A stretch of 64,000 nucleotides of DNA. Origin: Eledone cirrhosa (taxonomy: Eukaryota). The notes under the pieces were generated by a model. The model made no database searches, had not been told where the DNA came from, and saw nothing but the letters and a program-made list of their open reading frames with translations. Shown one piece after another: positions 1-13,500 of this stretch. The stretch covers positions 31,992,001-32,056,000 of the forward strand of contig OZ024760.1 in assembly GCA_964016885.1 (NCBI GenBank), in the 5' to 3' direction. Every line of letters starts with the position of its first letter. Within the stretch, counting starts at the first letter, position 1. Made by a program: the position numbers and the translations under genes.

Positions 1-3000
1 TTGATCCAAGGTTTTGAGAAGTAAGGTAGAGAAAGGTTATAGTATGAGTTGATTCAAGGTTTTGAGAAGTAAGGGAGAGAAAGACTATAGACAAGTTTGA
101 TCTAAGTTATTGAGAAGTAAGGGATAGGAAGACGATACACTGAGTTGATCCAAGGTTTTGAGAAGTAAGGGAGAGAAAGGTTATAGTATGAGTTGATTCA
201 AGGTTTCGAGAAGTAAGGGAGAGAAATACTATTATTTGAGTTGATCCCAGGTTTTGAGATATAAGGGAGAGAAAGACTATAGACTGATTTGATCCCACGT
301 TTTGAGAAGTAAGGGAGAGAAAGAATATAGTCTGAGTTGATCCCAGGTTTTGAGAAGTGAGGCAGAAAATGACTATAGACTGAGTTGATCCAAGGTTTTG
401 AGAAGTAAGGGAGAGAAAGACTATAGACTGAGTTGATCCCAGGCTTTGAGAAGTAAGGGAGAGAAAGACTATAGACTGAGTAGATCCAAGGTATTCAGAA
501 GTAAGGGAGAGAAAGGCTATAGACTGTGTTAATACCAGGTTTTGAGAAGTGAGGGAGAGAAAGACTATAGACTGAGTTGATCCCAGGTTTTGAGAAGTAA
601 GGTAGAGAAAGGTTATAATCTGAGTTGATCCAGGGTTTTGAGAAGTAAGGGAGAGAAAGCCTATAGATTGAGTTGATCCCAGGTTTTGAGAAGTAAGGGA
701 GAGAAATACTATAGTTTGAGTTGATCCCAAGTTTTGAGAAGTAAGGAAGAGAAAGACTATAATCTGAGTTGATCCTAGATTTTTGAGAAGTAAGGGAGAG
801 AAAGAATATAGTCTGATTTGTTCCAAGGTTTTGAGAAGTAAGGCAGAGAACGACTATAGACTGAGTTGATCCAAGGTTTTGAGAAGTAAGGGAGAGAAAG
901 GCTATAGACTGAGTTGATCCAAGGGTTTTAGAAGTAAGGGAGAGAAACACTATAGTCTGATTTGATCTGAGGTTTTGAGAAGTAAGGGAGAGAAAGACAA
1001 TAAACTGAGTTAATCCCAGGTTTTGAGAAGTAAGGGAGAGAAAGACTATAGTCTGATATGATCGCAGGTTTTGAGAAGTAAGGCAGAAAAAGACTATAGT
1101 CTGTGTTGTTCCTAGGTTTTGAGAAGTAAGGGAGAGAACGACTATAGACTGAGTTGATCCCAGGTTTTGAGAAGTAAGGGAGAGAAAGACTATAGACTGA
1201 GTTGATCCAAGGTTTTGAGAAGTAAGGGAGAGAAAGGCTATAGACTGAGTTGGTCCAAGGGTTTTAGAAGTAAGGGAGAGAAAGACTATAGTTTGATTTG
1301 ATCCGAGGTTTTGAGAAGTAAGGGAGAGAAAGACAATAAACTGAGTTAATCCCAGGTTTTGAGAAGTAAGGGAGAGAAAGACTATAGTCTGACATGATCG
1401 CAGCTTTTGAGAAGTAAGGCAGAGAAAGACTATAGTCTGATTTGTTCCAAGGTTTTGAGAAGTAAGGGAGAGAAAGATTATAGTCTGAGTTAAACCAAGG
1501 TTTTGAGAAGTAAGGGAAAGAAAGGTTATAGTCTGAGTTGATCCCAGGTTTGGAGAAGTAAGGGAGAGAAAGTCTATCGTCTGACTTGATTCAAGGTTTT
1601 GAGAAGTAAGGGCGAGAAAGATTATAGTATGAGTTGATTCCAGGTTTGGGGAAGTAAGGGAGACAAGGCCTATAGACTGAGTTGATCCCAGGTTTTGAGA
1701 AGTAAGGGAGATAAAAACTATAGTCTGAGTTGATCCCAGGTTATGAGAAGTAAGGGAGAGAAATATTATAGACTAGGTTGTTCCCAGGTCTTGAGAAGTA
1801 AGGGAGAGAAAGACGATAGACTGAGTTGATCCTAGGTATTCAGAAGTAAGGGAGAGAAAGGCTATAGACTGCGTTAATCTCAGGTTTTGAGAAGTAAGGG
1901 AGAGAAAGACTATAGACTGAGTTGATCCCAGGTTTTGAGAAGTAAGGGAGAGAAAGACTATAGTCTGAGATGATTCCAGGTTTTAAGAAGTAAAGGAGGA
2001 GAAACACTATAATCTGAGTTGATCCAAGCTTTTGATAAGTAGGGGAGAGAAAGGCTATAGACTGAGTTGATCCAAGGTTTTGAGACGTAAGGGAGAAAAA
2101 GACTATAGACAAGGTTGATCCCAGGTATTGAGAAGTAAGGGAGAGAAAGACGATAGACTGAGTTGATCCAAGGTTTTGAGAAGTAAGGTAGAGAAAGGTT
2201 ATAGTATGAGTTGATTCAAGGTTTTGAGAAGTAAGGGAGAGAAATACTATTATTTGAGTTGATCCCAGGTTTTGAGAAATAAGGGAGAGAAAGACTATAG
2301 ACTGATTTGATCCCAGGTTTTGAGAAGTAAGGGAGAGAAAGAATATAGTCTGAGTTGATCCCAGGTTTTCAGAAGTAAGGGAGAGAAAGACTATAGACTG
2401 AGTTGATCCCAGGTTTTGAGAAGTAAGGGAGAGAAAGACTATAGACTGAGTCGATCCCAGGTTTTGAGAAGTACGGGAAAGAGAGGTTGTAGTCCAAGTT
2501 CATCCCAGGTTTTGAGAAGTAAGGGAGAGAAAGTCTATAGTCGGACTTGATTCAAGGTTTTGAGAAGTAAGGGAGAGAAAGACTATAGTCTGAGTTGATC
2601 CCAGGTTTTGAGAAGTAAGGGAGAGAAAGACTATAGTCTGAGTTGATCCCAGGTTTTGAGAAGTAAGGGAGAGAAAGACAATAGTCTGATTTGATCCAAT
2701 ATTTTGAGAAATAAGGGTGAGAAACGCTATAGTCTGATCTGATCGCAGGCTTTGAGAAGTAACGGGGAGAAAGGTTATATTCTGAGTTGGTCCAAGGTTT
2801 TGAGAAATAAGCGAGAGAAAGACTATAGACTGGGTTGATTCAATGTTTTGAGAAGTAAGGGAGAGAAAGGCTATTGTTTGAGTTGATCCAAGGTTTTGAG
2901 AGGTAAGGGAGAGAAAGGCTATAGACTGAGCTGATTCAAGGTTTTGAGAAGTAAGGGAGAGGATGTCTATAGACCGTGTTGATCCAAGGTTTTGAGAAGT

Positions 3001-6000
3001 AAGTGAGAGAAAGACTATATTCTGAGTTGATCCCAGGTTTTGAGAAGTAAGGGAGAGAAAGACTATAGACTGAGTTGATCCAAGGTTTTGAGAAGTAAGG
3101 GAGAGAAAGGCTATAGACTGAGTTGATTCAAGGTTTTGAGAAGTAAGGGAGAGAAAGGCTATAGACTCAGTTGATCCCAGGTTTTGAGAAGTAGGGAGAG
3201 AAATATAGTTTGAGTTGATCCCAATTTTGAGAAGTAAGGAAGAGAAAGATTATAGTCTGAGTTGTTCCAAGATTTTGAGAAGTAAGGGAGAGAAAGATTA
3301 TAGTCTGAGTTAAACCAAGGTTTTGAGAAGTAAAGCAGAGAAAGACAATAGTCTGAGTTGATCCAAGGTTTGGAGAATTAAGGGAGAGAAAGACTATAGT
3401 CTGAGTTGATCCAAGGTTTTGAGAAGTAAGGGAAAGAAAGGTTATAGTCTGAGTTGATCCAAGGTTTTGAGAAGTAAGGGAAAGAAAGGTTATAGTCTGA
3501 CTAGATCCCAGGTTTGGAGAAGTAATGGAGAGAAAGTCTATCGTCTGACTTGATTCAATGTTTTGAGAAGTAAGGGCGAGAAAGGTTATAGTATGAGTTG
3601 ATTCAAGGTTTGGGGTAGTAAGGGAGACAAGGACTATAGACTGAGTTGATCCCAGGTTTTGAGAAGTAAGGGAGATAAAGATTATAGACTAGGTTGATCC
3701 CAGGTTTTGAGAAGTTAGGGAGAGAAAGACTATAGTCTGAGATGATTCCAGGTTTTAAGAAGTAAAGGAGAGCAAGATTATAGTCTGAGTTGATCCAAGG
3801 TTTTGAGAAGTAAGGGAGAGAAAGGCTATAGTCTGAGTTGATCCAAGCTTTTGAGAAGTAAGGGAGACAAAGACTATAGACAAGGTTGATCCCAGGTATT
3901 GAAAAGTAAGGGAGAGAAAGACGATAGACTGAGTTGATCCAAGGTTTTGAGAAGTAAGGTAGAGAAAAGTTATAGTATGAGTTGATTCAATGTTTTGAGA
4001 AGTAAGGGAGAGAAATACTATTATTTGAGTTGATCCCAGGTTTTGAGAAATAAGGGAGAGAAAGACTATAGACTGATTTGATCCCAGGTTTTGAGAAGTA
4101 AGGGAGAGAAAGAATATAGTCTGAGTTGATCCCAGGTTTTCAGAAGTAAGGTAGAGAAAGACTATAGACTGAATTGATCCAAGGTATTCAGAAGTAAGGG
4201 AGAGAAAGGCTATAGACTGTGTTAATCCCAGGTTTTAAGAAGTAAGGGATGGAAAGACTATAGACTGAGTTGATCCCAGGTTTTGAGAAGTAAGGGAGAG
4301 AAAGAGGATAGACTGAGTTGATCCAAGGTTTTGAGAAGTTAGGGAGAGAAAGACTATAGTCTGAGTTGATCACAGGTTTTGAGAAGTAAGTGAAAGAGAG
4401 GTTGTAGTCCAAGTTGATCCCAGGTTCTGAGAAGTAAGGGAGAGAAAGTCTATAGTCTGACTTGATTCAAGGTTTTGAGAAGTAAGGGAGAGAAAGACTA
4501 TAGTCTGAGTTGATTCATAGTTTTGAGAGGTAAGGGAGAGAATGTCTATAGTCAGACTTGATCGCAGGTTTAGAGAAGTAAAGCAGAGAAAGATTATAGT
4601 CTGAATTGTTCCAAGGTTTTGAGAAGTAAGGGAGAGAAAGACAATAGTCTGATTTGATCCAATGTTTTGAGAAATAAGGGTGAGAAACGCTATAGTCTGA
4701 TCCGATCCCAGGTTTTCAGAAGTAAGGGAGAGAAAGACTATAGACTGAGTTGATCCCAGGTTTTGAGAAGTAAGGGAGAGAAAGACTATAGACTGAGTTG
4801 ATCCCAGGTTTTGAGAAGTAAGGGAGAGAAAGACTATAGACTGAATTGATCCAAGGTATTCAGAAGTAAGGGAGAGAAAGGCTATAGACTGTGTTAATCC
4901 CAGGTTTTGAGAAGTAAGGGAGAGAAAGACTATAGACTGACAGGATCGCAGGTTTTGAGAAGTAAGGCAGAGAAAGACTATAGTCTGAGTTGATCCAAGG
5001 TTTTGAGAAGTAAGGGGAAGAAAGGTTATAGTCTGAGTTGATCCAAGGTTTTGAGAAGTAAGGGAGAGAAAGACTATAGTGTGACATGATCGCAGGTTTT
5101 GAGAAGTAACATAGAGAAAGACTATAGTCTGAGTTGTCCCAAGGTTTTGAGAAGTAAGGGAGAGAAAGATTATAGTCCGAGTTAAACCAAGGTTTTGAGA
5201 AGTAAAGCAGAGAAAGACAATAGTCTGAGATGATCACGGGTTTTGAGAAATAAGGGAGAGAAAGGCTATAGACTCAGTTGATCCCAGGTTTTGAGAAGTA
5301 AGGGAGAGAAATACTATAGTTTGAGTTGATCCCAAGTTTTGAGAAGTAAGGAAGAGAAAGACTATAGTCCGAGTTGATCCTAGGTTTTTGAGAAGTAAGG
5401 GAGAGAAAGAATATGGTCTGATTTGATCCCAGGTTTTGAGAAGTAAGGCACAAAAAGACTATAGACTGAGTTGATTCAAGGTTTTCAGAAGTAAGGCAGA
5501 GAAAGTCTATAGACTGAGTTGATCCAAGGTTTTGAGAAGTAAGGGATAGAAAGGCTATAGACTGAGTTGATCCAAGGTTTGGAGAAGTAAGGGGGAGAAA
5601 GACTATAGTCTGAGATGATTCCAGGTTTTGAGAAGTAAGGGCGAGAAAGGTTATAGTATGAGTTGATTCCAGGGTGGGGAAGTAAGGGAGACAAGGACTA
5701 TAGACTGAGTTGATCCCAGGTTTTGAGAAGTAAGGGAGAGAAAGTTTATAGACTAGGTTGATCCCAGGTTTTGAGAAGTAAGGGAGAGAAAGACTATAGA
5801 CTGAGTTGATCCCAGGTTTTGAAAAGTAAGGGAGAGAAAGACTATAGTCTGAGATGATTCAAGATTTTAAGAAGTAAATGAGAGCAAGACTATTGTCTGA
5901 GTTGATCCAAGGTTTTGAGAAGTAAAGGAGGAGAAAGACTATAATCTGAGTTGATCCAAGGTTTTGAGAAGTAAGGGAGAGAAAGGCTATATTCTGAGTT

Positions 6001-9000
6001 GATCTAAGGTTTTGAGAAGTAAGGGAGAGTAAGACTATAGACAAGGTTGATCCCATGTTTTGAGAAGTATGGGAGAGAAAGACGATAGACTGAGTTGATC
6101 CAAGGTTTTGAGAAGTAAGGTAGAGAAAGGTTATAATCTGAGTTGATCCCTGGTTTTGAGAAATAAGGGAGAGAAAGGCTATAGACTCAGTTGATCCCAG
6201 GTTTTGAGAAGTAAGGGAGAGAAATACTATAGTTTGAGTTGATCCCAAGTTTTGAGAAGTAAGGAAGACAAAGACTATAGTCTGAGTTGATCCTAGGTTT
6301 TTGAGAAGTAAGGGAGAGAAAGAATATGGTCTGATTTGATCCCAGGTTTTGAGAAGTAAGGCAGAAAAAGACTATAGACTGAGTTGATCCAAGGTTTTGA
6401 GAAATAAGGGAGACAAAGACTATAGACTGATTTAGATCCCAGGTTTTGAGAAGTAAGGGAAAGAAAGAATATAGTCTGATTTGATCCCAGGTTTTGAGAA
6501 GTAAGTCAGAAAAAGACTATAGACTGAGTTGATCCAAGGTTTTGAGAAATAAGGGAGACAAAGACTATAGACTGAGTTGATCCCAGGTTTTGATAAGTAA
6601 GAGAGAAAAATACTATAGACTGAGTTGATCCAAGGCTTTGAGAAGTAAGGGAGAGAAAGGCTATAGACTGAGTTGATCCAAGGGTTTTAGAAGTAAGGGA
6701 GAGCAAGACTATAGTCTGAGTGGATTCAAAGTTTTGAGAAGTAAGGGAGAGAAAGACAATAGTCTGAGTTGATCCAAGGTTTTGAGAAATATGGGAGAGA
6801 AAGGCTGTAGTCTGATCTGATCGCAGGTTTTTGAGAAGTAAGGCAGAGAAAGACTATAGTCTGAGTTCATCCCAGGTTATGAGAAGTAAGGGAGAGAAAG
6901 TTTATAGACTAGGTTGATCCCAGGTTTTGAGATGTAAGGGTGAAAAAGGCTATGGACTGAGTTGATCCAAGGGTTTTAGAATTAAGGGAGAGAAAGTCTA
7001 TAGTTTGATTTGATCCGAGGTTTTGAGAAGTAAGGGAGAGAAAGACAATAAACTGAGTTAATCACAGTTTTTGAGAAGTAAGGGAGAGAAAGATTATAGT
7101 CTGACATGATCGCAGGTTTTGAGAAGTAAGGCAGAGAAAGACTATAGTCTGAGTTGTTCCAAGATTTTGAGAAGTAAGGGAGAAAAAGATTATAGTCTGA
7201 GTTTAACCAAGGTTTTGAGAAGTAAAGCAGAGAAAGACAATAGTCTGAGTTGATCCAAGGTTTTGAGAATTAAGTGAGAGAATGACTATAGTCTGAGTTG
7301 ATCCAAGGTTTTGAGAAGTAATGGAGAGAAATTCTATAGGCTGAGTTGATCCCAGGTTTGGAGAAGTAAGGGAGAGGAAGTCTATTGTCTGACTTGATTC
7401 AAGGTTTTGAGAAGTAAGGGCGAGAAAGGTTATAGTATGAGTTGATTCCAGGGTGGGGAAGTAAGGGAGACAAGGACTATAGACTGAGTTGATCCCAGGT
7501 TTTGAGAAGTAAGGGAGAGAAAGATTATAGACTAGGTTGATCCCAGGTTTTGAGAAGTAAGGGAGAGAAAGGCTATAGACTGTGTTAATCCCAGGTTTTG
7601 AGAAGTAAGGGAGAGAAAGATTATAGTCTGAGTTGATCGAAGGTTTTGAGAAGTAAAGGAGGAGAAAGACTAAAATCTGAGTTGATCCAAGGTTTTGAGA
7701 AGTAAGGGAGAGTAAGACTATAGACAAGGTTGATCCCAGGTTTTGAGAAGTATGGGAGAGAAAGACGATAGACTGAGTTGATCCAAGGTTTTGAGAAGTA
7801 AGGTAGAGAAAGGTTATAATGTGAGTTGATCCCGGGTTTTGAGAAATAAGCGAGAGAAATACTATAGTTTGAGTTGATCCCAAGTTTTGAGAAGTAAGGA
7901 AGAGAAAGACTATTGTCTGATTTGATCCCATATTTTGAGAAGTAAGGCAGAGAAAGACTATAGACTGAGTTGATCCAATGTTTTGAGAAATAAGGGAGAA
8001 AAAGGCTATAGTCTGAGTTGTTTCCAGGTTTTGTGAAGTAAGGGAGAGAAAGACTATAGACTGAGTTGATCCAAGTGTTTTAGAAGTAAGGGAGAGAAAG
8101 ACTATAGTCTGATTTGATCCCAGGTTTTGAGAAGTAAGGTAGAGAAAGACTATAGTCTGAGTTGTTCCAAGGTTTTGAGAAGTAAGGGAGAGAAAGATTA
8201 TAGTCCGAGTTAAACCAAGATTTTGAGAAGTAAAGCAGAGAAAGACAATAGATGATGCAAGGTTTTGAGAAATAAGGGAGAGAAAGACTAAAGTCTGAGT
8301 TGATCCAAGGTTTCGAGAAGTAAGGGAAAGAAAGGTTATAGTCTGAGTTGATCCAAGATTTTGAGAAGTAAGGGAGAGAAAGTCTATAGTCTGAGTTGAT
8401 TCCAGGTTTGGAGAAGTAAGGGAGAGAAAGTCTATCGTCTAACTTGATTCAAGATTTTGAGAAGTAAGGGAGATAAAGACTATAGTCTGAGTTGATCCCA
8501 GGTTATGAGAAGTAAGGGAGAGAAAGATTATAGACTGTGTTAATCCCAGGTTTTGAGAAGTAAGGGAGAGAAAGACTATAGTCTGAGATGATTCCAGGTT
8601 TTAAAAAGTAAAGGAGAGCAAGATTATAGTCTGAGTTGATCCAAGGTTTTGAGAAGCAAAGGAGGAGAAAGACTATAATCTGAGTTGATCCAAGGTTTTG
8701 TGAAGTAAGGTAGAGATAGGCTATAGTCTGAGTCGATCCAAGGTTTTGAGAAGTAAGGGAGAGAAAGACTATAGACAAGGTTGTTCCCAGGTATTGAGAA
8801 GTAAGGGAGAGAAAGACGATAGACTGAGTTGATCCAAGGTTTTGGGAAGTAAGGTAGAGAAAGGTTATAGTCTGAGATGATCCAGGGTTTTGAGAAGTAA
8901 GGGAGAGAAATACTAATATTTTAGTTGATCCCAGGTTTTGAGAAATAAGGGAGAGAAAGGATATAGACAGAGTTGATCCCAGGTTTTGAGACGTAAGGGA

Positions 9001-12000
9001 GAGAAATACTATTATTTTAGTTGATCCCAGATTTTGAGAAATAAGGGAGAGAAAGAATATAATCTGAGTTGATCCCAGGTTTTGAGAAGCAAGGCAGAAA
9101 AAGACTATAGACTGAGTTGATCCAAGGTTTTGAGAAATAAGGGAGACAAAGACTATAGACTGATTTGATTCCAGGTTTTGAGAAGTAAGGGATAGAAAGA
9201 ATATAGTTTGAGTTGATCCCAGCTTTTGAGAAGTAAGGCAGAAAAAGACTATAGACTGAGTTGATCCAAGGTTTTGAGAAATAAGGGAGACAAAGACTAT
9301 AGACTGAATTGATCCCAGGTTTTGAGAAGTAAGGGAGAGAAAGACTATAGACTGAGTTGATCCAAGGGTTTGAGAAGTAAAAGAGAGAAAGGCTATAAAC
9401 TGAGTTGATCCAAGGGTTTTAGAAGTAAGAGAGAGCAAGACTATAGTCTGAGTTGATTCAAAGTTTTGAGAAGTAAGGGAGAGAAAGACAATAGTCTGAG
9501 TTGATCCAAGGTTTTGAGAAATATGGGAGAGAAAGGCTGTAGTCTGATCTGATCGCAGGTTTTAAGAAGTAAGGCAGAGAAAGATTAGAGTCTGAGTTAA
9601 TCCCAGGTTTTGAGAAGTAAGGGAGAGAAAGATTAGAGTCTGAGTTAATCAAGGTTTTGAGAAGTAAGGGAGAGAAAGACAATAGTCCCAGTTGATCCCA
9701 GGTTATGAGAAGTAAGGGAGAGAAAGATTATAGACTAGGTTGATCCCAGGTTTTGAGAAGAAAGGTAGAGAAAGACGATAGACAGAGTTGAACCAAGGTT
9801 TTCAGAAATAAGGGAGAGAATGGCTATAGACTGTGTTTATCCCAGGTTTTGAGAAGTAAGGGAGAGAAAGACTATAGACTGAGTTGATCCCAGGTTTTAA
9901 GAAGTAAAGGAGAGCAAGATTATAGTCTGAGTTGATGCAAGGTTTTGAGAAGTAAAGGAGGAGAAAGTCTATAGACTGGGTTGATTCAATGTTTTGAGAA
10001 GTAAGGGAGAGAAAGCTATCGTCTGAGTTAATTCAAGGTTTTGAGAAGTAAGGGAGAGAAAGGCTATAGACTGAGTTGATCCAAGGTTTTGAGAAGTAAG
10101 GGAGAGAAAGGCTATAGTCTGACTTCATTCCAGGTTTTGAGAAGTAAGGGAGAGAAAGACTATAGACTGAGTTGATTCCAGGTTTTGAGAAGGAAGGGAG
10201 AGAAAGACTATAGTCTGAGTTGATCCCAGGTTATGAGAAGTAATGGAGAGAAAGATTATAGACTAGGTTGATCCCAGGTTTTGAAAAGTAAGGGAGAGAA
10301 TGACGATACACTGAGTTAATCCCAGGTTTTGGGAAGTAAAGGAGAGAAAGATTTTAGTCAGAGTTGATCCAAGGTTTTGAGAAGTAAGGGGGAGAAAGTC
10401 TATAGACTGAGTTGATCCAAGGTTTTGAGAAGTAAGGGAGAGAAATACTATAGTTTGAGTTGATCCCAGGTTTTGAGAAGTAAGGGAGAGAGATACTATA
10501 GTTTGAGTTGATCCCAGGTTTTGAGAAATATGGGAGAGAAAGGCAGTAGTCTCACTTGATTCCAGGTTTTGAGATGTAAGGGAGAGAAAGACTATAGACT
10601 GAGTTGATCCCAGGTTTTGAGAAGTAAGGGAGAGAAAAATTATAGACTAGGTTGATCCCAGGTTTGAAAAGTAAGGAAGAGAAAGGCTATAGACTGAGTT
10701 AATCCCAGGTTTTGTGAAGTAAGAGAGAGAAATAATATAATCTCAGTTGATCCCAGGTTTTGAGAAGTAAGGGAGAGAAAGACTATACCCTGAGTTGATC
10801 CCAGGTTTTGAGAAGTAAAGGAGAGAAAGATTTTAGTTAGATATGATACAAGGTTTTGAGAAGTAAGGGAGATAAAGACTATAGTCTGAGTTGATCCCAG
10901 GTTATGAGAAGTAAGGCAGAGAAAGATTATAGACTAGGTTGATCCCAGGTTTTGGAAGTAAGAGAGAGAAAGACGATAGACTGAGTTGATTCAAAGTTTT
11001 GAGAAGTAAGGGAGAGAAAGGCTATAGGCTGAGTTGATCCAAGGTTTTGAGAAGTAAAGGAGGAGAAAAAATATAATGTGAGTTGATCCAAGGTTTTGAA
11101 AAGTAAGGGAGGGAAAGGCTATAGTCTGAGTTGATCCAAGGTTTTGAGAAGTAAGGGAGAGAAAGATTATAGTCTGAGTTGATCCAAGGTTTTGAGAAGT
11201 AAGGGACAGAAAGACCATAGTCTGACTTGACGCCAGGTTTTGATAAGTAAGCGGGACAAGACTATAGTCTGTGTTGATCCAAGGTTTTTAGAAGTAAGGG
11301 AGAGAAAGGCTGTAGTCTCAGTTGATCAAAGGTTTCGAGAAGTTAAGGAGGAGAAAAATTATAATCTGAGTTGATCCAAGGTATTGAGAAGTAAGGGAGA
11401 GAAAGGCTATAGTAATAGTTGATCCAAGTTTTTGAGAAGTAAGGGGGAGAAAATCTATAGACTGGGTTGATTCAATGTTTTGAGAAGTAAGTGAGAGAAA
11501 GACTATACACTAGGTTGATCCCAGGTATTGAGAAGTAATTGAGAGAAAGACGATAGACTGAGTTGATCCCAGGTTTTGAGAAGTAAGGGAGAGAAATACT
11601 ATAGTTTGAGTTGATCCCAGGTTTTTAGAAATATGGGAGAGAAAGACTATACACTGATTTGATCCCAGGTTTTGAGAAGTAAGGGAGAGAAAGAATATAG
11701 ACTGAATTGATCCCAGCTTTTGAGAAATAAGGGAGAGAAATACTACAGTTTGAGTTGATCCCAGGTTTTTAGAAAAATGGGAGAGAAAGACTATACACTG
11801 ATTTGATCCCAGGTTTTGAGAAGTAAGGGAGAGAAAGAATATAGACTGAATTGATCCCAGGTTTTGGGAAGTAAGGGAGAGAAAGACTATAGACTGAGTT
11901 GATCCAAGGTTTTGAGAAATAAGGGAGAGAAAGACTATAGTTTGAGTTGATCCCAGGTTTTGAGAAGTAAGGGAGAGAAAGACTATAGACTTAGTTGTTC

Positions 12001-13500
12001 CAGGATTTTCAGAAGTAAGGGAGAGAAAGACTATAATCTGAGTTGATTCCAGGTTTTGAGAAGTAAGGGAGAGAAAGACTATAGATTGAGGTGATATAAG
12101 ATTTTAATAAGGAAGGGAGAGAAAGACTATTGTCTGACATGATGCCAGGTTTTGAGAAGTAAGGGGGAGAAAGACTATAGTCTGAATTGATCCCAGATTT
12201 TGAGAAGTAAGGGAGAGAATGGGTTTAGACTGAGTTAATCCCAGGTTTTGTGAAGTAAGGGAGAGAAAGAATATAGTTTCAGTTGATCCCAGGTTTTGAG
12301 AAGTACAGGAGAGAAAGATTTTAGTCAGAGTTGATACAAGGTTTTGAGAAGTAAGGTAGAAAATTACTATAGTCTGAGTTGATTCAAAGTTTTGAGAGGT
12401 AAGGGAGAGAAAGACTATATACTAGGTTGATCCCAGGTTTTGAGAAGTAAGGGAGAGAAAGACGATATTCTGAGTTGATCCAATGTTTTGAGAAATAAGG
12501 GAGAGAAAGACTATAGTCTGAGTTGATTCAAGGTTTTGAAAAATAAGGAGAGAAAGACTATAGTCAGAGTTGATTCAAAGTTTTGAGAAGTAAGGGAGAG
12601 AAAGACTATAGTCGGACTTGATCGCAGGTTTAGAGAAGTAAAGCAGAGAAAGATTATAGTCTGAGTTGTTCCAAGCTTTTGAGAAGTAAGGGAGAGAAAG
12701 ACAATAGGCTGAGTTGATAAAAGGTTTTGAAAAGTAAGGGAGAGAAAGGCCATAGTCTGAGTTGTTCCAAGGTTTTGAGAAGTAAGGGAAAGAAAGGTTA
12801 TAGTCTCAGTTGATCCTAGCTTTGGAGAAGTAAGCGGGGGAAAGTCTATCGTCTGACTTGATTCAAGGTTTTGAGAAGTAAGGGCGAGAAAGGCTATAGT
12901 CTGAGTTGATTCCAGGTTTGGAGAAGTAAGGGAGACAAGGACTATAGACTGAGTTGTTCCCAGGTTATGAGAAGTAAGGGAGAGGAAGATTATAGACTAG
13001 GTTGATCCAAGGTTTTGAGAAGTAATGGAAGCTAGAGACTATAAACTGAGTTGATCCAAGGTTTTGAGAAGTAAGGGAGAGAAAGACTATAGACCGAGTT
13101 GATCCCAGGTGTTGACAAGTAAGGCAGAGAAAGACTGTAGACTGAGTTGATCCAAGGTTTTGAGAAGTAAGAGAGAGAAAGACTATAGACTGAGTTGATC
13201 CAAGGTTTTGAGAAGTAAGGGAGAGAAAGACTATAGTTTGAGTTGATCCCAGGTTTTGAGAAGTAAGGGAGAGAAAGGCTATAGACTGAGTTGATCCCAG
13301 GTTATGTGAAGTAAGGGGGAGAAAGATTATAGACTAGGTTGATCCCAGGTTTTGAGAAATAAGGGAGAGAAATACTATAGTCTGAGTTGATCCAAGGTTT
13401 TTCGAAATATGGGAGAGAAAGACTATAGACTGATTTGATCCTGGGTTTTGAGAAGTAAGGGAGAGAAAGACTATAGACTGAATTGATGCCAGGTTTTGAG
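1..13500 (+). repeat. Variant domain A: rich in GATCCCAGG and TATAGACTGAG monomers, with short mosaic duplications
   Basis: CCCAGG and TAGACTG variants are frequent, along with GACGATAG, GATCGCAGG and GACTAGGTTG, which are rare or absent downstream. The boundary is gradual and judged by eye. Confidence 0.7.
11581..11865 (+). repeat. 3-monomer (144-bp) tandem duplication
   Basis: The run AAATACT..., GTTTTTAGAAA.ATGGG, GACTATACACTGATTTG and GAATATAGACTGAATTG repeats at offset 144. Confidence 0.85.

Noticed and set aside
8503-9438. Leucine-rich repeat protein (LSLTSQNLG resembles LxLxxNxL)
   Set aside because: The 16-residue period is shorter than known LRR units, the Asn is out of position and no capping domains exist.
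11581-11865. Nucleosome-sized 144-bp or 192-bp higher-order periodicity
   Set aside because: I noticed only an isolated trimer duplication. Other duplication sizes (7, 10, 21-22, 52 monomers) show no consistent multiple of 3 or 4.
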